From IMG/VR virus record IMGVR_UViG_3300023176_002545: a stretch of 64,000 bases of DNA; one strand, given 5' to 3'. The stretch's first letter is position 1, and the number at the start of each line of letters is the position of its first letter. Source of the DNA: a virus. A model generated the notes under the pieces. The model was not told the DNA's origin and did not search any database. It was given only the letters and a program-made list of their open reading frames with translations. The position numbers and the translations under genes are program-made. Below are positions 38,334 through 46,517 of the stretch, piece by piece.

Positions 38334-38933
38334 CTAAGAAATAGGCTCAAAACGAGCCATTTTGAGTTTTTCATCCATTTTTTCATATGTAATATTAGAA
38401 AAATTAGGATATCTCAGTAAATCTTTAGGTGTAAAACGGTACTCATCTGTAATTATTCTATAATAATAAGTATTCGGATTATCCCTAATAATCAACTGTA
38501 ATTGCCGTATCCAGTTGCCAAAATAAGTTGCTGGACTTTCTGCTGGTTTGTAGTTTTTTGTTCCACCGTATATATTATTGAGCTTATCGTCATTGCTTTC
38601 AAAATCAAAACCTGATATGAAAACTGTAGTTGCTTTATTATATGTAGCAAGCCAAAGTGCTGTTGGGCCGCTACTCCAACCTAAATGCTCTGGCATAAAG
38701 TTTACACCTTCAATATTTCTAAATCTGTTGTGTTCTCTAGTGTAAAATTTAGTAGAAAGATGAGCCTTATTGTCTATTATCTCTTGAACCATAGGTGGAT
38801 CAACTGCTACTAGATAATCTACAGTTTCATCTCTATAAATGGCATTACAGCCATAAACAGTACCATACTGCTTGTATTGCTGTATATTAAAGTTTTTTCT
38901 TGATTTTCCGTTGCCAAGGACGAAGCAATGCAT
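38334..38933 (-). CDS. Rossmann-like hypothetical enzyme (DUF115/Maf/sialyltransferase-like N-terminus)
   Basis: FVLGNGKSR, YGCNAIYRD, DYLVAVD, WSSGPTAL and FISGFD motifs. Confidence 0.5.
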   Translation of the reverse strand: MHCFVLGNGKSRKNFNIQQYKQYGTVYGCNAIYRDETVDYLVAVDPPMVQEIIDNKAHLSTKFYTREHNRFRNIEGVNFMPEHLGWSSGPTALWLATYNKATTVFISGFDFESNDDKLNNIYGGTKNYKPAESPATYFGNWIRQLQLIIRDNPNTYYYRIITDEYRFTPKDLLRYPNFSNITYEKMDEKLKMARFEPIS

Positions 38934-39172
38934 TACATACCTGGTTGAGCAGGTACACCATACATTTGTCTAATGAACTCAAGCTCTTCTTCTTTTTCTT
39001 GCTCATGCAAGTCGCTTGCAACTCTTAGTTGATTAAGTTGCTCAAGTGTTAGTCTTGTTTTGCGAGTGTCGCTAACTTTGACCACATCGGAATCCATGTC
39101 AGGATTGTAACGGCCATCCTGGCTCATTTCCAGTGTATCTTTATCAAAGTAAAAGAGTTCTCTTAGTATCAT
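38933..39172 (-). CDS. Conserved-looking small head-module protein (79 aa)
   Basis: MILRELF start, RKTRLTLEQLNQLR core, directly after the portal gene. Confidence 0.65.
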   Translation of the reverse strand: MILRELFYFDKDTLEMSQDGRYNPDMDSDVVKVSDTRKTRLTLEQLNQLRVASDLHEQEKEEELEFIRQMYGVPAQPGM

Positions 39173-39177
39173 AAAAC

Positions 39178-39184
39178 TATTTAT
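39178..39184 (-). promoter_or_regulatory. Late promoter (ATAAATA), 5 nt before the ATG at 39172
   Basis: Recurring motif. Confidence 0.55.
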
Positions 39185-39186
39185 CC

Positions 39187-40932
39187 TTATAGTCCGCCGC
39201 CGCCCGGTGCTCCGCCCGGTGCTGGTGCTGGTGCACCACCTGGCTCTGCTCCACCTGCTTCTGCTCCACCTTCAGGTGCTGCTGGTGCTTCTGGTGCTGC
39301 GGTTTCTAAACCGCCTATGTCTGAACTAATACCGCCCATGCTAATTCCTGCACTGCGTAGTTCTCCGCTTGCATCAGTTGGAAGTTTTAGATTTTCATCA
39401 TTTTCTTCACGCCATAGTCTTTCGTTTTCTGCAATCTCTTCGTCACTTAGTCCTAAGAAACGTTGTAGTGCAAAACGTTGACTCATATAAGGAATCTGTT
39501 GTACTTGTGTAAATGTACCTATACGACTGTTGTCAAGTTCTGCTTGTCTGTAACTTGCAAAGTTTTTAGGTGGTTGGAATGATAGTTCAAAAACACTAGT
39601 GTCTACGTTTACACCTTTTTGTAGTATGTACAGTTTAAATTCTTGATCAAATCTATCTGTTACCAAACGCTGTAGGCGTTCACAATAGGCATTAAAACGT
39701 AGTTCTTGTATGTAAGCAGTACCAACACGACCGTCATTAAACTGACTTTGGCCGTCATCTGCTGCTGTTGGTAAGTAGCTGGAAGGTATACGGAGACCGC
39801 GTACTAGTTTGTTTGTGAAATATTTGAGGTCGTCAATTTCACCTAGGTTAGTACCGCCTGGCAGCGTTTCAACTTTTGATCCTCTACCTTCAGCTGTTTG
39901 TGGAAAGAAGTAGTCTTCGTTTATTGAAAGAGGATTGTATGCACTGTCAATTACATTCTGTCCACCACCAGTCTGTGAAGGTATCCTTCTCTGATGGATT
40001 TCATTCTTTACTCTTTCCACAAAACTCATTGCCAAGTGACTTGGCATGTTGCCAACGTCTACGTAGAACACACGTCTTTCAGGTGCTCTTTGTACACGAT
40101 ATATAATAATAGCATCTTCTAAAAGTTCTTTTTGTTTATAAACTTTGAAGATGCTTTCAAGTAGACTGTTTCCAAAAGGATAATTGTTGTCTAGTCCTTC
40201 ACTCAAACTCAAATGTACAACGTGTTCTGCATCTACTGCAACTTCTTGTTGCGTAGTTTCAAAACGTGAGCTGCTAGTTGCACTGTTTGGTGGAGTGCCT
40301 ACCATACCTCTTGCACCACCTTGGAAATAACCCTGATGACCTGAGCTGGTAACGCCACCTGGATCTGTATTCAATGTGGTTGCAACAAGATCTTGAAAAT
40401 TAATGTTTAGGTCTTTGATTACATATTGCTCAGGCTTTTTGCCTTCGCTTTCATTAACAATAATTTTTGTAACTTTTGCAGGATCAACATAAAACCATTT
40501 TTTAGTTTCTGGATCTCTAATAAAAAACGCATCACCATATTTAAATGTGTTGCGTAGTATACGGAAAATGCGAGTGTCAAATTTTTGTAGTTTTGACCAC
40601 TGTTGTAGATACTGTTTAAGTATTCTAACTTCAGAATTAGTTGCTTTTTCTTTAAATTCTAATTTAAAAGGTGTATTGTTAGTTGTATTTCTTTGTGTGC
40701 AGAACTCTGCAAGGATATCTAGAGCAGCATTAACTTCACTGTCGCTGTCCATAGTTTCGTATTGGCCATAACGTTCTACACGATTAGGTGAACCTGTGTA
40801 AACATCTGGCAAATAACTTGAATAATTAGTTCGTGCAGGACCAGGTCTACTAGCATTGCCATTGCCTAGTGGACTGTATGTTCCTTCACTATTTCCTGTA
40901 GGTACAGGTGTAAAATATTTTTTCCAGCTCAT
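39187..40932 (-). CDS. gp20: Portal protein
   Basis: LLEDAIIIYRVQRAPERRVFYVDVGNMP, EDYFFPQTAEGRGSKVETLPGG and DLKYFTNKL. Confidence 0.97.
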   Translation of the reverse strand: MSWKKYFTPVPTGNSEGTYSPLGNGNASRPGPARTNYSSYLPDVYTGSPNRVERYGQYETMDSDSEVNAALDILAEFCTQRNTTNNTPFKLEFKEKATNSEVRILKQYLQQWSKLQKFDTRIFRILRNTFKYGDAFFIRDPETKKWFYVDPAKVTKIIVNESEGKKPEQYVIKDLNINFQDLVATTLNTDPGGVTSSGHQGYFQGGARGMVGTPPNSATSSSRFETTQQEVAVDAEHVVHLSLSEGLDNNYPFGNSLLESIFKVYKQKELLEDAIIIYRVQRAPERRVFYVDVGNMPSHLAMSFVERVKNEIHQRRIPSQTGGGQNVIDSAYNPLSINEDYFFPQTAEGRGSKVETLPGGTNLGEIDDLKYFTNKLVRGLRIPSSYLPTAADDGQSQFNDGRVGTAYIQELRFNAYCERLQRLVTDRFDQEFKLYILQKGVNVDTSVFELSFQPPKNFASYRQAELDNSRIGTFTQVQQIPYMSQRFALQRFLGLSDEEIAENERLWREENDENLKLPTDASGELRSAGISMGGISSDIGGLETAAPEAPAAPEGGAEAGGAEPGGAPAPAPGGAPGGGGL

Positions 40933-40940
40933 ACTATTAC

Positions 40941-42950
40941 TTATACTCTGTAGGTATTCCTTCCTGCTTTATTGACTGCACGAGTATTTTCTCTATATGC
41001 TTCAATTAATCTATCAAATTTTCTGTTTAATTCACCTGTAAATTGTTCCATTTGTGGACCAATCTGATTAGCCATGTTTTGCATCTGCGGAGCCATTTGA
41101 TTGGCCATACTTTCCATTTGTGGACGCATTTGATTGGCCATAGCTTCCATTTGTGGACGCATTTGATTGGCCATAGCTTCCATTTGTGGACGCATTTTGT
41201 CAGCCATTTGTTTCATAGAAACTACTAAACTGTTAGCATTTGGTGTGATAAACTCAGGTCCTCTCTCACCAACCATATTTAACATGCCGCCCAATGCTGT
41301 ACCACCTAAGAAGTTGCCTTGAGGGTTAGTATTATCTAATAATCCTTGTAGTACATTGTTTAATTCTGTAAACGCAGAGTGTAGTTCAGGAGGAATTCGA
41401 TTAGTTTCAGCTTCTTGGGTTATTCCTGCTGCTGCACCTGCTGCTGCTGTTCCTTCCGGAGTTGCTGCTCCTAAAGTAGTTGGTTGATTTACACTGTTAC
41501 CACCAGTAACTAATCCTGTGCCTACAGCATTTACGCCTGTTACACCTGCACTATTGATCCCGTCTAATGTAGTAGCAAATCCTCTTAGACCGCTATCTAC
41601 TTCGTTTTTCAAAACATTTATCATGTTTTCTCTTAACGCACCCGAAACGTTAGTGATAGCATCTTGTGCTGATGCCATTGCTGCTGTTAATCCGTCAGTG
41701 CTTGGAGGAGGTGGGCCACCGCCGCCACCTAATGTTTCTTGTCCTGCTTCTATTCTACGGTTTAATTCTGCTAGTGCATCGTCAAAAGAAATGTCTGCTA
41801 ATTCTTTACTTGGGTCAGCGTTTGCTAATTCTTGTCTAATAGCTATTAACCTATCATTAAAATTAGTAAAGTTTCCTAAGCTATCTTGCATGCCTCTAAT
41901 ATAGTCACTATCAGAACGTATTCTACCAATTCTTATTCTGTTTTCGTCGTTTTGAGCTCTAGTCATTGCAGCGATATATTCACGCTGTGCTTGTGCATAA
42001 GCTTCTGGATCTTGTGCTTGCATTGCAGCTCGCATGTTTTGTGCTGCTGCAATTACTTCTTGTCCGTAGAACGCTGCTGCCCCTGCACTTTCTCTTGTTA
42101 CATTTCCTTGTACTAGAATGTCTTCAAGTAGTGTTGCAGCATTTTTATCCATTGCACCAATTTGGGTAATAGAATTACTAATTTGATCTGTTAACGCACC
42201 AGTTTCTGTTCTTAAAAATGCTTGAATTCTTCCTTCTCGACGTTTAGCATCCATTTCTTTTTGCAGTTCTTTTCTCTGCATGCCAGTTAACTGGCTTAAT
42301 CTATCTAGCTCTAACGCATATTCTTGTGTTGCTTTATTTCTAGCAACATCGTTACCCATAGTTTGCAAGAACGATGTTCTATTAATAGCAGCGAAGCCCA
42401 TAATAGTTTCATTTATTTCTTCGGTGCTGTAACCAATTCGTCTTAAACCTTGTGAAAAACCTCTTGTGTCGTTTCTAAAACTATTCGACATGTGGGCAAA
42501 CATTCTAGTAGCGTCTGCACCTGTGCCACCCATAGCACCTAATATGTCTCGATTTTTTTCAACTAATTTAGCAAAATCACCAACCAACATGCCTGATCTT
42601 GCTGCAACCTGACCTACTTCAGTCAAACCTCCACTTAGAAGTATACCAGATCTAGTTAAACCTTGATATGATGCTGTACTTTCGTCTATATAACCGGCAA
42701 TAGCCTTAGACATTCCTCCAAGTGCGTCACCGACTATTGGAATTCGCCTCATTAATGGAGTAAAGGCATCAACGTAAGCAGTTAATCTTGTTTCACCTGA
42801 AAGTGCAGCTAATCCAAATTTACCAATGCCACTAGTGGCATCACCAAGAGCTGCTGTCCACTGACTAGTACTGCCGGCCGCACCTCGAGTTGACGTACGG
42901 AGGCGTTCTATTTCTTCTTCTAATGCGGCAATGCGATCTGCGTCACTCAT
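40941..42950 (-). CDS. Tape-measure-like tail protein (669 aa)
   Basis: Ala/Gly-rich helical protein with the GG-x5-VGERGPE motif typical of tape-measure C-termini. Confidence 0.65.
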   Translation of the reverse strand: MSDADRIAALEEEIERLRTSTRGAAGSTSQWTAALGDATSGIGKFGLAALSGETRLTAYVDAFTPLMRRIPIVGDALGGMSKAIAGYIDESTASYQGLTRSGILLSGGLTEVGQVAARSGMLVGDFAKLVEKNRDILGAMGGTGADATRMFAHMSNSFRNDTRGFSQGLRRIGYSTEEINETIMGFAAINRTSFLQTMGNDVARNKATQEYALELDRLSQLTGMQRKELQKEMDAKRREGRIQAFLRTETGALTDQISNSITQIGAMDKNAATLLEDILVQGNVTRESAGAAAFYGQEVIAAAQNMRAAMQAQDPEAYAQAQREYIAAMTRAQNDENRIRIGRIRSDSDYIRGMQDSLGNFTNFNDRLIAIRQELANADPSKELADISFDDALAELNRRIEAGQETLGGGGGPPPPSTDGLTAAMASAQDAITNVSGALRENMINVLKNEVDSGLRGFATTLDGINSAGVTGVNAVGTGLVTGGNSVNQPTTLGAATPEGTAAAGAAAGITQEAETNRIPPELHSAFTELNNVLQGLLDNTNPQGNFLGGTALGGMLNMVGERGPEFITPNANSLVVSMKQMADKMRPQMEAMANQMRPQMEAMANQMRPQMESMANQMAPQMQNMANQIGPQMEQFTGELNRKFDRLIEAYRENTRAVNKAGRNTYRV
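41048..41212 (-). repeat. Five in-frame 33-bp (11-aa, PQMEAMANQMR) tandem repeats
   Basis: Units start at 41048, 41081, 41114, 41147 and 41180. Two units are nucleotide-identical. Confidence 0.9.
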
Positions 42951-42976
42951 GTTTAACCTTTTGACAAAAATACCGA

Positions 42977-42984
42977 TATAAATA
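42977..42984 (+). promoter_or_regulatory. Late promoter TATAAATA for the gp26-like gene
   Basis: Exact T4 late consensus. Confidence 0.7.
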
Positions 42985-42998
42985 TCAGTTAGTATAGT

Positions 42999-43005
42999 TA
43001 TTTAC
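42999..43005 (-). promoter_or_regulatory. Late promoter GTAAATA for the tape-measure/portal operon
   Basis: Divergent partner of the promoter at 42977. Confidence 0.55.
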
Positions 43006-43021
43006 CTTAAAAGGAGAGACC

Positions 43022-43852
43022 ATGGAAAACTTACTCACAAAGTATAAGCGTCAACCAAAGATTTTTGTTGATGCTCCATCTGAGTTTAGATACATTGATT
43101 CTAGTGTTGTTTCCGGTGAGTCTTTCAAAGATATCCCTGTTTACTCAATGACTGGTGCAGACGAGATAGCAATGAAAGCTCCGGAGGCATTACTCAATGG
43201 AGAAGCAGTTAAAAAATTAATAGAGTCGTGCATGCCAAGGATTAAAGATGCAGGAGAACTATCACAAATTGATATAGAATATTTTTTAATTGCAATAAGA
43301 CAAGCTACTTTTGGTTCAACATATGATAAACTAACTGCATGCGGTCATTGTAAAGAAGAAAACAAACACGAAATTGATCTAAGTGAACACTTAGATAATT
43401 ATCATAAAAAAGTTTATAAAGATACATGTACTATTGAAGATCTTAAATTTTTTCTAAAACCTCTTACTTATAATCAATGGAATGAAGTACAGTTAGAATT
43501 GTTCAAAGCAAATAGAACAATGATGCAGGCAGTATCAGCAGATAAATTGTCTGAAGAAGAAAAAAATGAATATGCAAAAAACATTTACAATATTATTCAA
43601 ACAATAAATCAAAAAACAATACTATACCAAGTGTATAAAATAAAAGATGGTGAAGTAGAAATTACAGATCACAATGTAATTACTAAATTTATTCTTGAAA
43701 ATGACAGAAAATTTTTTAATGGTATACAAACTGTTATTAAAGAAAACACACAAGAATGGGACTTGCCTAGATTAAATCTAACATGTGCTGCGTGTAACGA
43801 ATCGTATGTTAGTGCTCTTACAATGGACGACTCGTCTTTTTTCGCCGACTGA
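43022..43852 (+). CDS. Baseplate hub / tail assembly chaperone, gp26-like
   Basis: YKRQPKIFVDAPS, MTGADEIAMKAPEALLNG and two CxxC pairs (CGHC, CAAC). Confidence 0.75.
   Translation: MENLLTKYKRQPKIFVDAPSEFRYIDSSVVSGESFKDIPVYSMTGADEIAMKAPEALLNGEAVKKLIESCMPRIKDAGELSQIDIEYFLIAIRQATFGSTYDKLTACGHCKEENKHEIDLSEHLDNYHKKVYKDTCTIEDLKFFLKPLTYNQWNEVQLELFKANRTMMQAVSADKLSEEEKNEYAKNIYNIIQTINQKTILYQVYKIKDGEVEITDHNVITKFILENDRKFFNGIQTVIKENTQEWDLPRLNLTCAACNESYVSALTMDDSSFFAD
43837..43843 (+). other. Candidate -1 slippery heptamer T TTT TTC
   Basis: In-frame X XXY YYZ pattern two sense codons before the TGA. The -1 frame is open to 44076. Confidence 0.65.
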
Positions 43853-44076
43853 TAGTTCAGGCCTCAGATTCTGAAATTAAAAAGCATATCGAAACATATG
43901 AAACTTCTCAGAAACAATTAAAAGACGATTTGTACAGAATATTGTGGAATATGAGAGGTGGCGTCGGGTGGGACGATCTAATGTTTAATATTGATACCGG
44001 TGACAGAGAAATCTTTATTAAAATAATTAAAAATAACTGGGAAACAACTCAAAAGTCCGGAATGCCGTTGGTTTAA
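43843..44076 (+). CDS. -1 frame extension of the gp26-like gene (RRLIVQASD...WNMRGG...ETTQKSGMPLV), or a short gp51-like ORF from ATG 43951
   Basis: Translated by hand. Open from 43813 to the TAA at 44074-44076, with no ATG before 43951. Confidence 0.6.
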   Translation, partial: RRLIVQASDSEIKKHIETYETSQKQLKDDLYRILWNMRGGVGWDDLMFNIDTGDREIFIKIIKNNWETTQKSGMPLV

Positions 44077-44077
44077 T

Positions 44078-45277
44078 TTACCATTCTAAAGAATTTAAAT
44101 TTTGCTGTACATTGCCAGGAACTACAGGTGCTACAGTTCTGCCAGGAGTTACTCTATCAGCAGGAGTTGTTGAAGGATTAGATCTATCAGTGTCTGCTGG
44201 ATCGCCTTGTTGAGCTGCCCAAGATTCAACATCATCTTTCATATCTTGCAACTCTGATTGGTCTATATTGCCAAATCCTTCAATTACATCACCAACAGTT
44301 TTTTCAGTATCTGTTCTCAGCCTGTCTGCCATAGTTGGCTCAGCTTCTTGATCATTTGCTGCTTCTTCAACAAAAAGGCCAGCTGCTGAAGGCCATACAT
44401 TTTCCATTATCCATAAAAATGCAGTTCTTATTTTTTCTTGGCCCCATTGTGTGCTTAACATAGCCCACATGCCGCCTTCAATAATAAAAGTTAGTGTCCA
44501 GGCAACTATTGCACCAGGACCAGTTGCAAGACTGCCTATACGCATTGCCCACATTAGTTTGCTTACAATAGCTCTTGCTGTTCTTGCTACAAGTAATGCT
44601 CCAACAAACAATACCATAACTCTAAAAAACACTCTTCCAGTTTCATGTTCTAAATAATTTGCAAGAACTGTTTGTTTACTCTGTGCTTCTTGAAGATCGC
44701 CTGATGATGTAGCTTCTATTATTTCACCAACTAGTAGGTATATGTCTTCAAAATACTCGCCTACTATATTCCAAGCACCTAATACAACAAGTATTGGTCT
44801 TAGTATTCTTAATGCTCTACTAGCTTTAGGACCTTCTAAAAATTGTTTAACTCTAGCTGCCCTTTGAGCTTTTATTCCTGCTAGTCTAATCTTTTGTTGT
44901 TGTGTAGTAACCCAAGTCTTAACATTATCAGGTGCAGAACTAGGATTTCCTCTAAACATCCTGCCACTAGATTCAAATTCTCTTCTTGCACGATTAGCTG
45001 CTTCTCTGCTAGGAAACGCACCGACAGTCTTTTGGCCATTTGCTTCTGTATAAATTACTCCAAACCAATCACCACGAAACCCAATTCGTTGGATTGCAGC
45101 ACTAGCTTCACCAGCTTCAGACAAAAAACGTTTTGTTGTTGATTCATCCCACTCGATTATTCCCTTGTTAATTCTAACAGGTTTAGTAGTACGTGCTTCT
45201 TTAAACACTTCATTCCAGAATTGTTTGTCAGCAAATTGTCTCTTAGCAGAAGATGAAACTATTTCATGAATATTCAT
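44078..45277 (-). CDS. Hypothetical late protein with hydrophobic helices (399 aa)
   Basis: Own TATAAATA promoter and AGGA SD. Several long apolar segments in the middle third. Confidence 0.7.
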   Translation of the reverse strand: MNIHEIVSSSAKRQFADKQFWNEVFKEARTTKPVRINKGIIEWDESTTKRFLSEAGEASAAIQRIGFRGDWFGVIYTEANGQKTVGAFPSREAANRARREFESSGRMFRGNPSSAPDNVKTWVTTQQQKIRLAGIKAQRAARVKQFLEGPKASRALRILRPILVVLGAWNIVGEYFEDIYLLVGEIIEATSSGDLQEAQSKQTVLANYLEHETGRVFFRVMVLFVGALLVARTARAIVSKLMWAMRIGSLATGPGAIVAWTLTFIIEGGMWAMLSTQWGQEKIRTAFLWIMENVWPSAAGLFVEEAANDQEAEPTMADRLRTDTEKTVGDVIEGFGNIDQSELQDMKDDVESWAAQQGDPADTDRSNPSTTPADRVTPGRTVAPVVPGNVQQNLNSLEW

Positions 45278-45305
45278 TACTTACGATCCTAACTTATTAT
45301 GCATG

Positions 45306-45313
45306 TATTTATA
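45306..45313 (-). promoter_or_regulatory. Late promoter TATAAATA
   Basis: Exact T4 late consensus. Confidence 0.7.
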
Positions 45314-45833
45314 TTAGAAATGAGCTAAAGCTCATTTTAGTTTTCGCTTACGCTCAAACTATGCACTTCGTTTATAGATTATGTGTGATAGAAGTAGTAG
45401 ATATGAATTAAAGCAATGTTACGAAGTAACATTGTAATTGCTTCATGTAGATTGTTTCAGTCAGACGGAACCTGCTACGGTTCCATCTAATCTCAAACTT
45501 CATGTGAGTTCGTCACAGCCGAGACTTGGAAGTAGGTGTTTTGCTGCTACACAATGGGCTCTGACCTTTCCCAACCTACGTCGACATCTAATGTGCATTA
45601 ATTGTAACATTAAGGTAGCATTATACGCTTTAATGTGCAATTTATGTAACATTATACCCGTTGCTTCGTTCCTAGTGCATACGGTTTTTATGTGTAATGT
45701 GCAGTTTTTCGACAGCCAACAATCTATCTATATCAATCAAACGCTCTACTACCGAACGCCGCTCAATATGTTACGTGTGCTCCGATCAAGGATGCTTTTT
45801 CCACAGCGGTATTTTCAAACTGGCCCGCCAACC
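45314..45833. other. Hairpin-rich non-coding region (structured RNA or replication origin candidate)
   Basis: Perfect hairpins at 45318-45337, 45414-45434 and 45467-45484, nested stems at 45532-45579, and direct repeats at 45589-45612 and 45631-45654. Confidence 0.5.
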
Positions 45834-46283
45834 TTAGGTGTTGGATTGTTTTGCCTTGATAGTGTGTTCTAGTAATGCCTTACGCAATTTATCGGAACCG
45901 CCAACTCTACAATTAATAATCCCGTTATAATATTCATCCGTCTCTAATACACGGCGGTCAAATTGCTCTCGTGCCTCTATGTAACTCATTTCTGCTCTGC
46001 TTTTACACAGATAAAGTATTTCTCTTGTGAAATTTTTTGGGCCTAACTTGTCTACGTCTGCCTGTAGTCTATCTGAGCTGCCCCAGTAGTCTTTCCAATC
46101 GCTTTCTTTGTAGCCTCGTCTTTTGTTTTTTCTGCCTTTGAGTGGTGGCTTTGTGGTCTTAAACTTTGCTAGTTTTTTGCCTATGTATTTTTGCCCTGTG
46201 GTTTTATTAGTGATAAGGTAAACAAATCCTTCATATTCATCAGGAATTTCGTTAATATGTTTTCCTCTGTAAGTCCACTGCAT
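45834..46283 (-). CDS. GIY-YIG endonuclease (Seg/EndoII-like)
   Basis: GFVYLITN-x5-KYIGKK, YWGSS, REIL, E-x3-Q and YYN. Confidence 0.88.
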   Translation of the reverse strand: MQWTYRGKHINEIPDEYEGFVYLITNKTTGQKYIGKKLAKFKTTKPPLKGRKNKRRGYKESDWKDYWGSSDRLQADVDKLGPKNFTREILYLCKSRAEMSYIEAREQFDRRVLETDEYYNGIINCRVGGSDKLRKALLEHTIKAKQSNT

Positions 46284-46313
46284 GAACTTACTTACCGTTG
46301 CCTATTGTTGTGC

Positions 46314-46517
46314 CTAGTCGTTTTTGGTTTTACGTGTTGTATTGTGCTTTTCGTGTATTTCATCCATACGTTGCTTTGCAAGATCCCTCATAATTCTAAG
46401 CCATTTACGTGCTTCTCTATGAGTGCGTACAGAATTTCGTGCCTCAAACTTTTCGTTAGCCTTAAAGTATTCTAGGTATGCCTGTGTTAGCCTGTCATGA
46501 ATATCGTCGTCTATCAT
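46314..46517 (-). CDS. Small hypothetical protein (67 aa)
   Basis: ATGA overlap with the gp46 stop. Coiled-coil-like. Confidence 0.65.
   Translation of the reverse strand: MIDDDIHDRLTQAYLEYFKANEKFEARNSVRTHREARKWLRIMRDLAKQRMDEIHEKHNTTRKTKND

Noticed and set aside
41048-41212. 33-bp repeats as a CRISPR array
   Set aside because: Contiguous in-frame coding repeats without spacers, and no cas genes in the window.
45314-45833. Group I/II intron, tRNA, tmRNA or RNase P RNA in the non-coding gap
   Set aside because: I could not find P7/catalytic-core, domain V, T-loop/CCA or RNase P consensus motifs by eye, and no interrupted gene flanks it. A covariance search is still needed.
45438-45872. 144-aa + strand ORF across the hairpin-rich gap
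   Set aside because: No clear SD, no protein-like composition or motif, overlaps the GIY-YIG 3' end antisense. Treated as a chance ORF.
45834-46283. GIY-YIG gene as a mobile homing endonuclease
   Set aside because: Short, with no evident C-terminal DNA-binding repeats, and embedded in the gp47-gp46 operon. More likely a resident nuclease, so it is listed as a CDS.
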